Positions 17,338 through 30,300 of a DNA stretch of 32,000 nucleotides are shown here, piece by piece. Under the pieces are notes generated by a model, which searched no databases, was not told the origin of the DNA, and saw only the letters and a program-made list of their open reading frames with translations. How positions within the stretch are numbered: the stretch's first letter is position 1; each line of letters begins with the position of its first letter. The stretch comes from Saccharolobus solfataricus (GTDB taxonomy: Archaea > Thermoproteota > Thermoprotei_A > Sulfolobales > Sulfolobaceae). Location of the stretch: assembly GCF_900079115.1 (NCBI RefSeq), contig NZ_LT549890.1, positions 30,001 through 62,000 on the forward strand, written 5' to 3'. Position numbers and translations under genes: made by a program.

Positions 17338-18294
17338 GTGAATTTCGGTAAAGTTCCTATCAATAAATTTATTTATAATTTACCAATAGGGGACTGTCTC
17401 ACTTGCCCATCCATAGGTGAGGACGCTGCAGTTCTTGAGGCTAAAGACAAATATTTGATAGTACATTCAGATCCAATTACGGAGGCTAAGAGTGACAGTG
17501 GCTTTCTTTCAATTGCGGTTGCATGTAACGATATAAATATGAAAGGGGCTCAATGCAGATGGGTAAATAGTATCATTTTACTTTCAGATATTTCACACTT
17601 AAATGCTACAATTTCTGCAATATCAGAAGCGTGTAACTTAATAGGCTGTAAAGTTGTAGGTGGCCATACAGAGGTCTCGGATAAAGTTAAACAAGACATT
17701 ATAATTACTACTGCAATTGGTGTTTCTAATAAGTTCTTGAGTTATAAGAATGTAAAAGAGGGCATGAAAGTTGTACTGGTCGGCAGTCCTGGAATAGAAG
17801 GAACGTGGATCTTGGCTAAAGATTATGACCAGTTGTTGTTAGAAAAAGGTATAAGCAGGGAGATTATCGAAAAGGCAAAGGAGTTTAAGAAGGATATAGT
17901 AGTTCAACCGAAGGCTTTAAGTATTTTAGATTACGTGGTTGCAATGCACGATGCTACTGAAGGAGGAATAATGCAAGCGATGCTTGAGGTCGCAAAAGCC
18001 AGTGGTTATACTGTTTCGATTAATTTAGATAAGATTGTGTTGAGACGTGAGACGAAAATTATAACTAAAGCGTTAAACATTGATCCTTTAAGATTAATCT
18101 CTTCTGGGTCTTTTATCGCAGTATCTAACACTCCGGAAAAGATTCTTGAGAGGATAAGTGAGGCATATATAATAGGTGAGATAAAAAGAGGAGATCCGGT
18201 TTTAGAGATTAAAGGTGTTGGAACATTTAATCAAGATTTCGAGGAGGAATTGGTCAAGTTTGAAAGTAATTATCTTGGCTGGGGGAAGGGGTAA
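17338..18294 (+). CDS. AIR synthase-related (PurM/HypE/ThiL superfamily) ATP-dependent enzyme
   Basis: IGEDAAVL...VHSDPIT...IAVACNDINMKGAQ...GGHTEV follows the PurM-superfamily N-domain blocks. The tracked ATG at 17263 would run through the divergent ABC gene start, so the GTG at 17338 (MNFGKVPINK...) is the more plausible start. Confidence 0.7.
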   Translation: MNFGKVPINKFIYNLPIGDCLTCPSIGEDAAVLEAKDKYLIVHSDPITEAKSDSGFLSIAVACNDINMKGAQCRWVNSIILLSDISHLNATISAISEACNLIGCKVVGGHTEVSDKVKQDIIITTAIGVSNKFLSYKNVKEGMKVVLVGSPGIEGTWILAKDYDQLLLEKGISREIIEKAKEFKKDIVVQPKALSILDYVVAMHDATEGGIMQAMLEVAKASGYTVSINLDKIVLRRETKIITKALNIDPLRLISSGSFIAVSNTPEKILERISEAYIIGEIKRGDPVLEIKGVGTFNQDFEEELVKFESNYLGWGKG

Positions 18295-18754
18295 AAGAAT
18301 AACGCTATTTAAACCGTTCTTAGTAGTTTGCGGTAAACCGCTAATTTCATGGGCTTTTGACGCGGTAAATAAGTTATCTGACAAGGTATATTTAGGCATT
18401 AACCAATCCCATCCGTTGTTCACAATATTTAAGCATTCCATTTTCAAAATATTTCCTACTCCAGATATTTCTTATGAAAACGATGTCAAATACGTGGTTG
18501 AGAGTTTAGGGCCACCAATCTTAGTTTTGCCTGTTGATATTGCATTTATTAACAATAATATTATAAATAATTTGATTGAGAGATGTGCTGTCGATATGTG
18601 TACTCTCAAAAGTTATGGTAGCTATCTCGGTGTCACATATTGGACCGGACTAAATTTTTCAAATTATACTGATATTGAAGTAAAGGAGAAGCTATATAAC
18701 ATAAATACTTGGGAAGATTATATTAAAGCCAATAAGGAGTGTAATATACTTTGA
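18260..18754 (+). CDS. CobY/MobA-like nucleotidyltransferase
   Basis: LKVIILAGGRGKRI is the NTP-transferase P-loop-like motif at the very N terminus when the TTG at 18260 is used. KPFLVVCGKPLI, ILVLPVDIAFI and LYNINTWEDYIKA parallel archaeal CobY blocks. Overlaps the upstream gene by 35 nt. Confidence 0.65.
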   Translation: MKVIILAGGRGKRITLFKPFLVVCGKPLISWAFDAVNKLSDKVYLGINQSHPLFTIFKHSIFKIFPTPDISYENDVKYVVESLGPPILVLPVDIAFINNNIINNLIERCAVDMCTLKSYGSYLGVTYWTGLNFSNYTDIEVKEKLYNINTWEDYIKANKECNIL

Positions 18755-19482
18755 AAAGAATAATCATCCTTTCGCCTTTTAGAGGGCTTTTTAGATCTCT
18801 ATTATATTTTTTGTTAGGCCTCATTATGGCGTTAATATCAGCAGGATATTTTTCCCAACTTTTTTCGATAGTTGGAATAAATAGAGATATTGCAATAATT
18901 ATTTCAATAACTATTTCATTTCTAAGTCTATTCAGTAGCCCTTTTAACTTGGTTTTAACAGAAGTGAAAAAGGAGGCTATTGCAATTGAGGAAGATGTTG
19001 TATTTTTCTTTGGTTTTCCCATATTTATACCGCGTATATCAAGACAAAATATGAACACATTAATTGCTGTAAATCTAGGCGGAGCTCTTATCCCATTGGG
19101 AGTTTCCTTATTTTTAATGTATGAATTGCAAGCTTATATTGTATATTTTATAATAAATATAATAGTAGTAATTATTGTGTCAAAACTCTTTTCTAGGGTA
19201 ATTAGAGGTGTTGGAGTTATAATGCATCCCATAATACCTAGCATATTTTCAGTAATAAGCAGTTATGTTCTTTTCTATAAGCTTCATATTCTCATACCCT
19301 TATCTGCGTATATTGGAAGCGTACTAGGGACGTTAATAGGTGCTGATTTACTTAACTTGAGAAGAATTATTAATGAGGCCAGACCACAAGTTATAAGTAT
19401 AGGTGGGATGGGTACATTTGATGGTATATTCGTATCTGGTATCATATCCGTATTTATAAGTGAACTTCTAGTTATTATTTAA
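18751..19482 (+). CDS. polytopic membrane protein of unknown function (about 6-7 TM segments)
   Basis: TTG start within TTGA overlapping the stop of the preceding gene. Repeated hydrophobic stretches include LIAVNLGGALIPLGVSLFLMY. I cannot assign a family. Confidence 0.6.
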   Translation: MKRIIILSPFRGLFRSLLYFLLGLIMALISAGYFSQLFSIVGINRDIAIIISITISFLSLFSSPFNLVLTEVKKEAIAIEEDVVFFFGFPIFIPRISRQNMNTLIAVNLGGALIPLGVSLFLMYELQAYIVYFIINIIVVIIVSKLFSRVIRGVGVIMHPIIPSIFSVISSYVLFYKLHILIPLSAYIGSVLGTLIGADLLNLRRIINEARPQVISIGGMGTFDGIFVSGIISVFISELLVII

Positions 19483-19704
19483 AATACTTTTGCTCCAAAT
19501 TCTGCTCAATAATACATCACTTACAAAAAGATAAGACAGATAGTCTCAGATATTTCTTTTAATTTTTATAGTAGATGGCCTCACTTAGATTTCGAACTGA
19601 TAAAGAGACCATTTAAAGTATAGAGGACGTTAGTATGTCTGCCTTAGATTTATCTCTATCAAATAGAGTAAATCATTTATAGCCATTAGAAACTATTATA
19701 GAAG

Positions 19705-19780
19705 GGGGCCGTAGTCTAGCCTGGACTAGGACGCCAGGCTTGGGCCCTGGTGATCGCGGGTTCAAATCCCGCCGGCCCCA
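19705..19780 (+). tRNA. tRNA-Pro (anticodon UGG)
   Basis: Hand-folded cloverleaf. Acceptor GGGGCCG/CGGCCCC, D arm GTCT-AGCCTGGACTA-GGAC, anticodon arm CCAGG-CTTGGGC-CCTGG, T arm GCGGG-TTCAAAT-CCCGC, discriminator A. No encoded CCA. Confidence 0.9.
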
Positions 19781-19798
19781 CTTACGGGGCTTGAAATT

Positions 19799-20245
19799 AT
19801 GACAAAGGATATCGTAAAAAAGCTTGTTATTAATTCGATGAAAAGAGTGAAGATTGGTATATTTTACCTTGAGAACGATATGATAGAAGAGGCTCGTAAA
19901 GAAATCCAAAAATCTTGGAGGCAAATAATGTCAGCACTCTTGATACTAAACTTGTATAATGCGGAGGAAAAACAATTCACACACTATAACGTTCCTAGAT
20001 CAAAGATTTTTAGTGTATCGAAGTCGTTAGAAGATAAAGGTTATAGAGACCTTATTAAAATCTCCTCAATGTACTTTTCATCACTACAAGAATTACCAAA
20101 AAGTGAGATAAAGATTCTTATAACCGTGTTTATTAAAGAAGAAATAGAACACATTAAGGAATGGTTTAAGGCAATATGGGATGAGAAATTAGATGACGAA
20201 TTAAACGAGATAAAAAAAGAAAAGCAATGGCTAATACAATCCTAA
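19799..20245 (+). CDS. hypothetical helical K/E-rich protein (148 aa) wedged between two tRNA genes
   Basis: ATG lies 19 nt after the tRNA-Pro 3' end. There is a vague resemblance to small archaeal helical-bundle (PaREP1/HEPN-like) proteins but no diagnostic motif. Confidence 0.5.
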   Translation: MTKDIVKKLVINSMKRVKIGIFYLENDMIEEARKEIQKSWRQIMSALLILNLYNAEEKQFTHYNVPRSKIFSVSKSLEDKGYRDLIKISSMYFSSLQELPKSEIKILITVFIKEEIEHIKEWFKAIWDEKLDDELNEIKKEKQWLIQS

Positions 20246-20309
20246 TAAAACTTTTACTTTGACGTTAACTAAAGATAACTTTTTAATCCATTATTAGTAT
20301 TTTTATCAC

Positions 20310-20396
20310 GCCGGAGTAGCTCAGTTGGCAGAGCGCCCGGCTGTTATGCCGGGTGCAGAAACCGGGTGGTCGGAGGTTCGAGTCCTCCCTCCGGCG
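20310..20396 (+). tRNA. tRNA-Asn (anticodon GUU) with a 14-nt intron at the canonical 37/38 position
   Basis: Acceptor GCCGGAG/CTCCGGC, D arm GCTC-AGTTGGCA-GAGC, anticodon stem CCCGG ... CCGGG with loop CTGTTA[intron]A, T arm GGAGG-TTCGAGT-CCTCC, discriminator G. Intron GCCGGG can pair with CCCGGC of the anticodon arm, giving bulge-helix-bulge potential. Confidence 0.85.
20347..20360 (+). other. tRNA-Asn intron (approximate boundaries)
   Basis: TGCCGGGTGCAGAA interrupts the anticodon loop after position 37. Boundaries are inferred from the cloverleaf, plus or minus 1 nt. Confidence 0.7.
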
Positions 20397-20713
20397 CTAT
20401 TCTAGAAGTTCGTCACTAGAAATTCGATACGAAAATAAATCAACACGTAAAGTATGTTTTATGCAAAATCATGTCTAATTGAGATCACGAATCTTTATGG
20501 GAGTCTATGATCCTCTGGATTGTCCATAAATGAGAGATATGAACAATAATCGATGATGGGATCGCTGGAGGAGAAGGGAATCGGTCTTATTTATCGGTTC
20601 TTGTTTTACAATCTTGGGCATGAAAATCTTCATATCTACTTTCTTTCACCTTTCTCTAAAATTCAAGACCAATTGCCAATAAATATCACAAATTAACTAT
20701 AAAGATTTATATG

Positions 20714-20798
<85 letters not shown>

Positions 20799-20838
20799 AC
20801 TACTTTAATAGTATACTTTATCCCTTTTTATGCTTTAT

Positions 20839-21148
20839 GGGGCCAGACCCCCTACCCCATGGCCTACCTATCTATAGGTTTACCCCAGTTTCACTCTGGC
20901 TGTTGACCAGCGAACGCTGGCGTCCAGGCACGGCTGCTCCCTTCCGGGCCTCGCCGATTCCCCCAGCTATCATGGTACTTTCTCTCCCTCCGGAGAGAAA
21001 GCCCATGACCGCCAAGCCCCGCTGGGCAGCCTTCATCGCTCCACTGGGACCTACAGATAGGAGACACCATAGGGTAGGAGTTACTGGTGCCCGCATTACG
21101 CCTTGCGGGTAATAGGGATTGGCGAGATCCCCCACCCTCCCTGACCCC
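20839..21148 (-). ncRNA. signal recognition particle RNA (7S/SRP RNA), about 310 nt
   Basis: The minus strand contains the universal helix 8 core GGCCCGGAAGGGAGCAGCC (compare E. coli 4.5S GGUCCGGAAGGAAGCAGCC). It also has a perfect helix 6-like hairpin CTTTCTCTCC-GGAG-GGAGAGAAAG. The 5' GGGGTCAG pairs with the 3' CTGGCCCC. The segment is GC-rich, and all overlapping tracked ORFs look spurious. Confidence 0.85.
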
Positions 21149-21203
21149 ATCTTTATATATATCCTTATTATTTTTAAGAGTATTGATAAAGGTCAAGAGT
21201 TTA

Positions 21204-22172
21204 CTATATTACTATTGTTGTAGTTTGTAGAATTACTGCTATTACTGCAAATATTGCCTCCATTCCCCATAAAATTATAACTACTTGATACTCCTTAAAT
21301 CGACCCATTTTCATTACTATATGTGTTAATGAATGAGGTTTTTCATCCCAATATAATCTACCGCTAGAGTCTACTTTGCCAAATGATACTCCCTTGAAGT
21401 TAGTTCTTAGCTTCAATATAAATTCCACGACGTATGGTATGTAGAGAATTGCTAATGCCGTGTACATGAAGCCGGCAATTCCTATAGCTCCTATCAATGC
21501 TCCTATGAAGTATGTACCAACATTTCCTGGAAATATTTTCGCAGGATATTTATTAAATATGAGAAATGCCGATAGTGAAAAAATTGCTGAAAGCGCTATT
21601 AAGCCAGCTTGATATGTGGGACCGGTGTGCGTTAGCCCTATATAAGCCAGTGCGGATAGCATTATTATTCCCATACCTACACCTAATCCGTTTAGACCTT
21701 CTAACATATTAAAGGCGTTAGATGTTATAGTTAGCGCAAATGGTATTATTATAATATAATAGAATATTCCGAAATTTATTGGTCCTAAAAACGGAATTGA
21801 TATTATGGAATGCCCGACACTGTAAACTATTAGTGGAACTGATGCGAAAATTGGCAAGAAAGCCCTTACTGATTGTCTAACGTTAAATATATCGTCCAAT
21901 AGTCCAAGAAACGCTATAAGTAGTGAGGAGAGTATTACGGCGGGAATAACTCTTTCACTCCTTACATCAGTTAATAATAAGGAGAAAGATCCGGCTATAA
22001 ATCCAGCTATTATACCTATCCCACCCAATAATGGTATTTCTGGCTTATCTGGTTTATTTATATCCTTACCTACGAATCTACTCTTTTTAGCTTGTCTTAT
22101 TACCCAGACCGTTGTAATATAGCTTATGAAAAAGGAAATTAAAATTGGGAGTAGTATTGCAAGTATTCTCAT
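21204..22172 (-). CDS. aglH: AglH-type UDP-GlcNAc:dolichyl-phosphate GlcNAc-1-phosphotransferase (MraY/WecA/GPT family)
   Basis: Polytopic 322-aa protein with LGLLDDIFNV (DD motif) and NAFNMLEGLNGL, the conserved polyprenyl-phosphate N-acetylhexosamine-1-phosphate transferase blocks. Confidence 0.8.
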   Translation of the reverse strand: MRILAILLPILISFFISYITTVWVIRQAKKSRFVGKDINKPDKPEIPLLGGIGIIAGFIAGSFSLLLTDVRSERVIPAVILSSLLIAFLGLLDDIFNVRQSVRAFLPIFASVPLIVYSVGHSIISIPFLGPINFGIFYYIIIIPFALTITSNAFNMLEGLNGLGVGMGIIMLSALAYIGLTHTGPTYQAGLIALSAIFSLSAFLIFNKYPAKIFPGNVGTYFIGALIGAIGIAGFMYTALAILYIPYVVEFILKLRTNFKGVSFGKVDSSGRLYWDEKPHSLTHIVMKMGRFKEYQVVIILWGMEAIFAVIAVILQTTTIVI

Positions 22173-23171
22173 TTACTTTCTCCTTTGAATGGTAAACTGT
22201 GCTAGATACTTTAAAGCCTTTTCAGCAGTTTTATTAGAAACAGGAATTTCACGTAAGTTTTCTATTGCAAGATCCGAGTATTTTTTAGCTAAATCGTATG
22301 CATATTGTAATGAATGTTTTCTTATTATTTCCGAGGCTCTTTCTAGATCTTCTTTTTTAGCTTCCTTGTTACCAAGTGTTGAAACCAGAATTTTCTTCTC
22401 ATCTTCAGTAGCTTCACTTAAAGTTTTTATAACTAGAATTGTCTTCTTACCTTCCCTAATATCACTATAAATCGGTTTCCCTAGTTCCTTTTCATCTCCA
22501 ATAATTCCTAGGATATCATCTACTATTTGGAACGATATACCCAAATTTAATCCATATTCGGTTAATTTTTTAACCACATCATCATTAGCCTTATTAATTA
22601 TACCACCTAACGCTGCAGAGCATGAAAACAGCATCGCGGTCTTTCCTTTTATCATTTGTATATACTCTTCCTCAGTTACGTCAAGTCTGTTCTCAAATGA
22701 CATATCCATTGCTTGACCTTCAGATATTATCTCAATAGAAGTGATAAATATAGAAAATGCCTTATAAAAAGTATTGCCGTCAAGACCCTTTAGTGCCTCA
22801 TTTAAGGCTTCAAAAGCCTTTGCGTGTAAGTAATCCCCCGCAAGTATTGCCATTGGTTCACCCCACTTTACATGAACAGTTGGTAATCCTCTTCTCAGAC
22901 CATCGTTGTCCATAATATCATCGTGGACTAGAGTAAAATTGTGAAGAATTTCTACGGCTGCAGCTGCCTTGTATGCCCTTTCTCTGTCCCCGCCAATTAA
23001 GTCTGAAGATGAAACCAACACTAATGGTCTAAGTCTTTTACCTCCTGCTGTAAATAAATGAAATGATGCTTCCTCAAGCGTCTTAAAATTGCTCTTTACA
23101 AAATTTTTTATCCGAAAATTTACATTGTTAACTATCTCGTTAAAATATAAACTTAGATCATCACTACTCAT
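22173..23171 (-). CDS. gds: geranylgeranyl diphosphate synthase (short-chain trans-prenyltransferase)
   Basis: First Asp-rich motif LVHDDIMDND and second Asp-rich motif FQIVDDILG. 332 aa. Confidence 0.9.
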   Translation of the reverse strand: MSSDDLSLYFNEIVNNVNFRIKNFVKSNFKTLEEASFHLFTAGGKRLRPLVLVSSSDLIGGDRERAYKAAAAVEILHNFTLVHDDIMDNDGLRRGLPTVHVKWGEPMAILAGDYLHAKAFEALNEALKGLDGNTFYKAFSIFITSIEIISEGQAMDMSFENRLDVTEEEYIQMIKGKTAMLFSCSAALGGIINKANDDVVKKLTEYGLNLGISFQIVDDILGIIGDEKELGKPIYSDIREGKKTILVIKTLSEATEDEKKILVSTLGNKEAKKEDLERASEIIRKHSLQYAYDLAKKYSDLAIENLREIPVSNKTAEKALKYLAQFTIQRRK

Positions 23172-23172
23172 T

Positions 23173-24997
<1,825 letters not shown>

Positions 24998-25591
24998 TTA
25001 TTTATTTGCAAATATGGTAATGAATATATGGCGCTCCATAGTCCATTTTCAACTTCTATTAAATTTCTTGATTTACTCTCAATATATTCAACCGGAATAA
25101 TGCCAGCTAGATGAACTAGTGAGTTATCTAAATATTTAGGATTATTATCAAAAGGATATGAGGAAATTATTTTTATTCTAATTGGTTCCAACTGAACCGT
25201 AATTGGTTCCTCACCATCTCTAAATAGAATAGGAGAGTTAAGTTGCAGTGAGGTTCTAAGTGCTTTAACCAAGAAGTTTTGAGGAAATATCGCTTCATCC
25301 ACTAGGTGAAGTATTTCAAATCTCTCATCTTCACTAATTGGAATTCCACATCGCCTTATAGCGTCATTTGCTAGCTTATCAGTAATGTAAATATAGTATG
25401 AAGAGAAAGGAATCGACGAATCCCAATAAACCTCCTCTTTAATACACTCAAAACCTACTGCCTCATTGAATTGCATTATGAACTGTCTGATCGCCTCAGT
25501 ATTTACAAAAATGTTTAATGGTTCTATAATTCCATCAAGCACTAGAATAGGATTATTTACTCCTTTAAGAGGGATTCCCAGAAACGGAACT

Positions 25592-26446
25592 TTAACTTCC
25601 AAACCGCGCTGCAAGATAACCCACAACTGAATCTTTAGGTCCCGAAGTATCACCAGAAGTTGCATGTTTTAAAATATAGGCTTTTTTACCTAACTTCTTA
25701 GCTAGAATTAGACTAACCATTATAGGACCATAACCGCATAAAGTAACATCCTTGCCTTCTACAACCTCATATAAACCTCTATAATCTAATTGCTGAATTT
25801 TTTCTATTGCTTCCTCGTCCTTTTTCATTGTAATTTCATGGGGGTCATAGTGATTCATATCACTACTAGCCAATACCACTATATCCTTATCCGAATACTT
25901 TTGTATAACCTTATAAATAGCATCTGCTAGGAATTCAGCAATCTCTGGCGTTTGCATCATAATAACAATTGGAACTATCTTAAAGTTATCATCAAAAAAG
26001 TATTGCAAAAAAGGTAATTGAACCTCAATTGAATGTTCGTATAAGTGTGACTTTTCTTCCAGATCTATTACTTCAGATTCCATAACTAATTGCATAAGAA
26101 CCTCTTCATCTACTTTTACGCTACCTAATGGAGTTTCCCATTCTCCCTTAGGCCAAGCTGAAACATAAGAACCTAAACCAGTATGATTAGGACCTAATAT
26201 TATCACAACGTCTGGCTTACCTTCTGAAGCTAAATAATAATATGAGTGAGCTGCAACTGGACCACTATAAATATATCCAGCATGTGGTACGATAAAAAAT
26301 AAATTATCTCTTTTCTTCTTCTCGTAAGATTGTTTAGGAATATCTCTGGGACCTATATTGTGTCTGAATGACCATTCAATCTGCATTTTAAGTTTTTTAG
26401 GATCTGATTCATAAAAAGAACCTGCAACAGCTGGTAATCTCCTCAT
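25592..26446 (-). CDS. MEMO1-family protein (AmmeMemoRadiSam system protein B)
   Basis: [11 protein letters not shown] at the N terminus, [26 protein letters not shown] and GDTSG, which are the MEMO / extradiol-dioxygenase class III-like blocks. Confidence 0.85.
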   Translation of the reverse strand: MRRLPAVAGSFYESDPKKLKMQIEWSFRHNIGPRDIPKQSYEKKKRDNLFFIVPHAGYIYSGPVAAHSYYYLASEGKPDVVIILGPNHTGLGSYVSAWPKGEWETPLGSVKVDEEVLMQLVMESEVIDLEEKSHLYEHSIEVQLPFLQYFFDDNFKIVPIVIMMQTPEIAEFLADAIYKVIQKYSDKDIVVLASSDMNHYDPHEITMKKDEEAIEKIQQLDYRGLYEVVEGKDVTLCGYGPIMVSLILAKKLGKKAYILKHATSGDTSGPKDSVVGYLAARFGS

Positions 26447-27138
26447 TGAACAAGCCTCATCTCGAACTCACTTACTGGTACTGCCAAATCACCATCTGGA
26501 GGAATTACTCTTCTTTCTCTGAGTATCTGCCTTGCTAATGCCCAATATAATAACGCCAACGATTTTCTGCCTTTATTATTAGCTGGTATTATGAGATCGA
26601 TATAATCAATTTTAGCATCGGTATCAGCAAAAGCGACAATTGGTATTCCTACTTTAGCTGCTTCTTTTATTGCTTGAGTATCAGTTCTAGGATCGGAAAC
26701 TAACAATACTTTCGGCTCTATATATGTTGACAAGTAGGGGTTTGTAAACGTTCCCGGTATTATTCTACCTACTAGCGCTCTAGATCCTACAACTTCTGCA
26801 AACTTTTGAACTGGCCTATATGCATAGGGTCTACTTGCTACCACAATTATGTCTTGTGGATCATACCTCGATAAGAACTTGGCCGCAATTCTTAATCTTT
26901 CATCTATCTTTCTAACATCCAATACATATAATCCTTCTGCTCGCACTCTATACACAAAACTCTCCATGTATTTAGTACAACTATGAGTGCCTATATGAAC
27001 TCCAGCTGAAAGATATGTGTCTACTGGGACTAGTAATTCTATTATTGCACCTTTTTCGGATTTTCTTAATTCCTCTTTTTCTGCTTCAGTTAATTCTCCT
27101 CCTCTTTCTTCTTTTTCACTCAAATTGGTCACCTTCAA
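26443..27138 (-). CDS. rps2: 30S ribosomal protein S2 (uS2)
   Basis: AGVHIGTH..., [13 protein letters not shown] and PIVAFADTD are typical of archaeal uS2. 4-nt overlaps on both sides. Confidence 0.9.
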
Positions 27139-27335
27139 ATTGGTCTAGTATAGTGGATTACTTCGTTAATTATATCTACGTGGGATAAAAGCATTCTTCT
27201 ACAACAATATCTTTTTACTCCTAAATCATCAAGAACCTTTCCTGGATTCTCTCCAGCATTAACTCTCGTTATAAATGACTGCCATTTATCAGCAATCAAT
27301 GAGCCACATGTAAAACATCTAATTGGGATTAACAT
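27135..27335 (-). CDS. rpoN: DNA-directed RNA polymerase subunit N (Rpo10)
   Basis: [18 protein letters not shown]...KRYCCRRML is the zinc-binding Rpo10 signature. 66 aa. Confidence 0.95.
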
Positions 27336-27341
27336 TTCAAT

Positions 27342-27764
27342 TCACCTATACGACTTCTGCCTCCATCTCCTTGCACTATATCTCATCCACTTCTCTGATT
27401 CCGTCTGCCTTGGATCTCCAGCTAACATTGTCCTATCATAAGCCCTATATATCTTCTCTAATTCCTTACTACCAGTAAATTTAACCAACGCCCTAGCTAA
27501 AGCCATCCTAGCAGCATCAGCTTGACCCATTATCCCACCACCATAAGTTATTATTTTAGCATCTATTTTTGATCTAATATCATTCCCAGCTAAAAGTAAT
27601 GGTTCCATGATTTTCAATCTTACCATTTCAATTGGTATTAACTCAATTGGTACGTTATTTACGAAGACTCTTCCTTTTCCAGCATATATATAACATGTAG
27701 CTCTAGCTGTCTTTCTCCTAGCACTGGAAATAACTAATTTCTGTTCTTCACTCATCCACTCCAC
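27342..27764 (-). CDS. rps9: 30S ribosomal protein S9 (uS9)
   Basis: GGGIMGQADAARMALARAL and the C-terminal ARRWRQKSYR. Confidence 0.9.
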   Translation of the reverse strand: MEWMSEEQKLVISSARRKTARATCYIYAGKGRVFVNNVPIELIPIEMVRLKIMEPLLLAGNDIRSKIDAKIITYGGGIMGQADAARMALARALVKFTGSKELEKIYRAYDRTMLAGDPRQTESEKWMRYSARRWRQKSYR

Positions 27765-28197
27765 CCTAGCTCTTTTGAAACCACTTCTACTGTAACATAC
27801 TTACCTTTAAGTCTACTCACATCAGAGTCTGGGAATTTAATAAATTGTCTCCCCTCGAATTCTTTTGGCACCCCAACATATATCTTAACGTTCTTTAACA
27901 TTCTACGTCCTTTACTGCTTTTAGGTAGCATTCCTCTTATAGTCCTTTTCACTATATTTATTGGTGATCTAGGCCTTCTAATCCCATTTCTATAAGGATT
28001 AAAAAGCGTTTTTACGGTTAAAAGTAATTTGTAAGACTCAATAACTCTGTTCTTCTCTCCACTTATTACCGCTTTCTCCCCATTTACTATAATTACCTTT
28101 TTGCCTTCCTTTAAAAGCCTAACTACGTTACTAGCCATCCTACCTAAGATCTGACCTTCTGCGTTAATTATGACCACTTGCTCTTGAACTTGCGTGC

Positions 28198-28201
<4 letters not shown>
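27752..28201 (-). CDS. rpl13: 50S ribosomal protein L13 (uL13)
   Basis: [18 protein letters not shown]...[13 protein letters not shown]...RGMLP blocks, in the conserved position upstream of S9. Confidence 0.9.
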
Positions 28202-29744
<1,543 letters not shown>

Positions 29745-29761
<17 letters not shown>

Positions 29762-30290
29762 CTATCTCACCTCCTTCTTGTTGAGACATAACTGGTGGTC
29801 TTGACTTAAATGAAGAAGTAACATAATAATCTATTAGATTTTCCTCATCTACATTGACAATATATCCTGGAGATGTAACTCTTTTGCCATTAACCGCAAT
29901 ATGTCCATGAGTTATTAACTGCCTAGCTTGATATATCGTATTTGACAATCCTTTCTTATACACTATAGTCTGTAATCTTCTCTCTAATAGATCTTGCTCA
30001 GTTAAACTTAGAATATCATCTACGGTTGCGGTTTCTTTCTTTAATAAGCCCATCTTTAACAGTTTCCCAACTAGCTGCTTTTCCCTAACAGCTCTCTCTG
30101 CAGGCGGCAATGCTAATAATGATCTTGCTTGGTGTCTGAACTTTCTAATTATTGACTGCGCTATCCAGATTTCCCTTTTATTCCTTAAACCATATTTTCC
30201 TAATAGTTCTTGCTCATAACCTATTCTCTCTTTTATCCAAGGATGTCCTGGGGTTTCCCACTTTTTCCTACTTTTCTTCGGATCTCCCAT
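29745..30290 (-). CDS. rps4: 30S ribosomal protein S4 (uS4)
   Basis: [18 protein letters not shown] at the N terminus, plus the S4 RNA-binding domain [23 protein letters not shown]. Confidence 0.95.
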
Positions 30291-30300
30291 CTAAATCACC

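Noticed and set aside
19483-19704. Possible C/D box sRNA (AGATGG ... CTGA around 19573-19603), and similar ATGATGG at 20553.
   Set aside because: The C-box matches are imperfect. The box spacing of about 28 nt is too short, and no C'/D' pair or terminal stem was found.
19673-19924. Tracked 83-aa minus-strand ORF.
   Set aside because: It runs antisense through tRNA-Pro and the start of the 19799 ORF. The GC-rich tRNA segment accounts for the open frame.
20553-20696. 47-codon ORF in the tRNA-Asn/tRNA-Ser spacer.
   Set aside because: No promoter-like element at the right distance, no motif, and a length compatible with chance.
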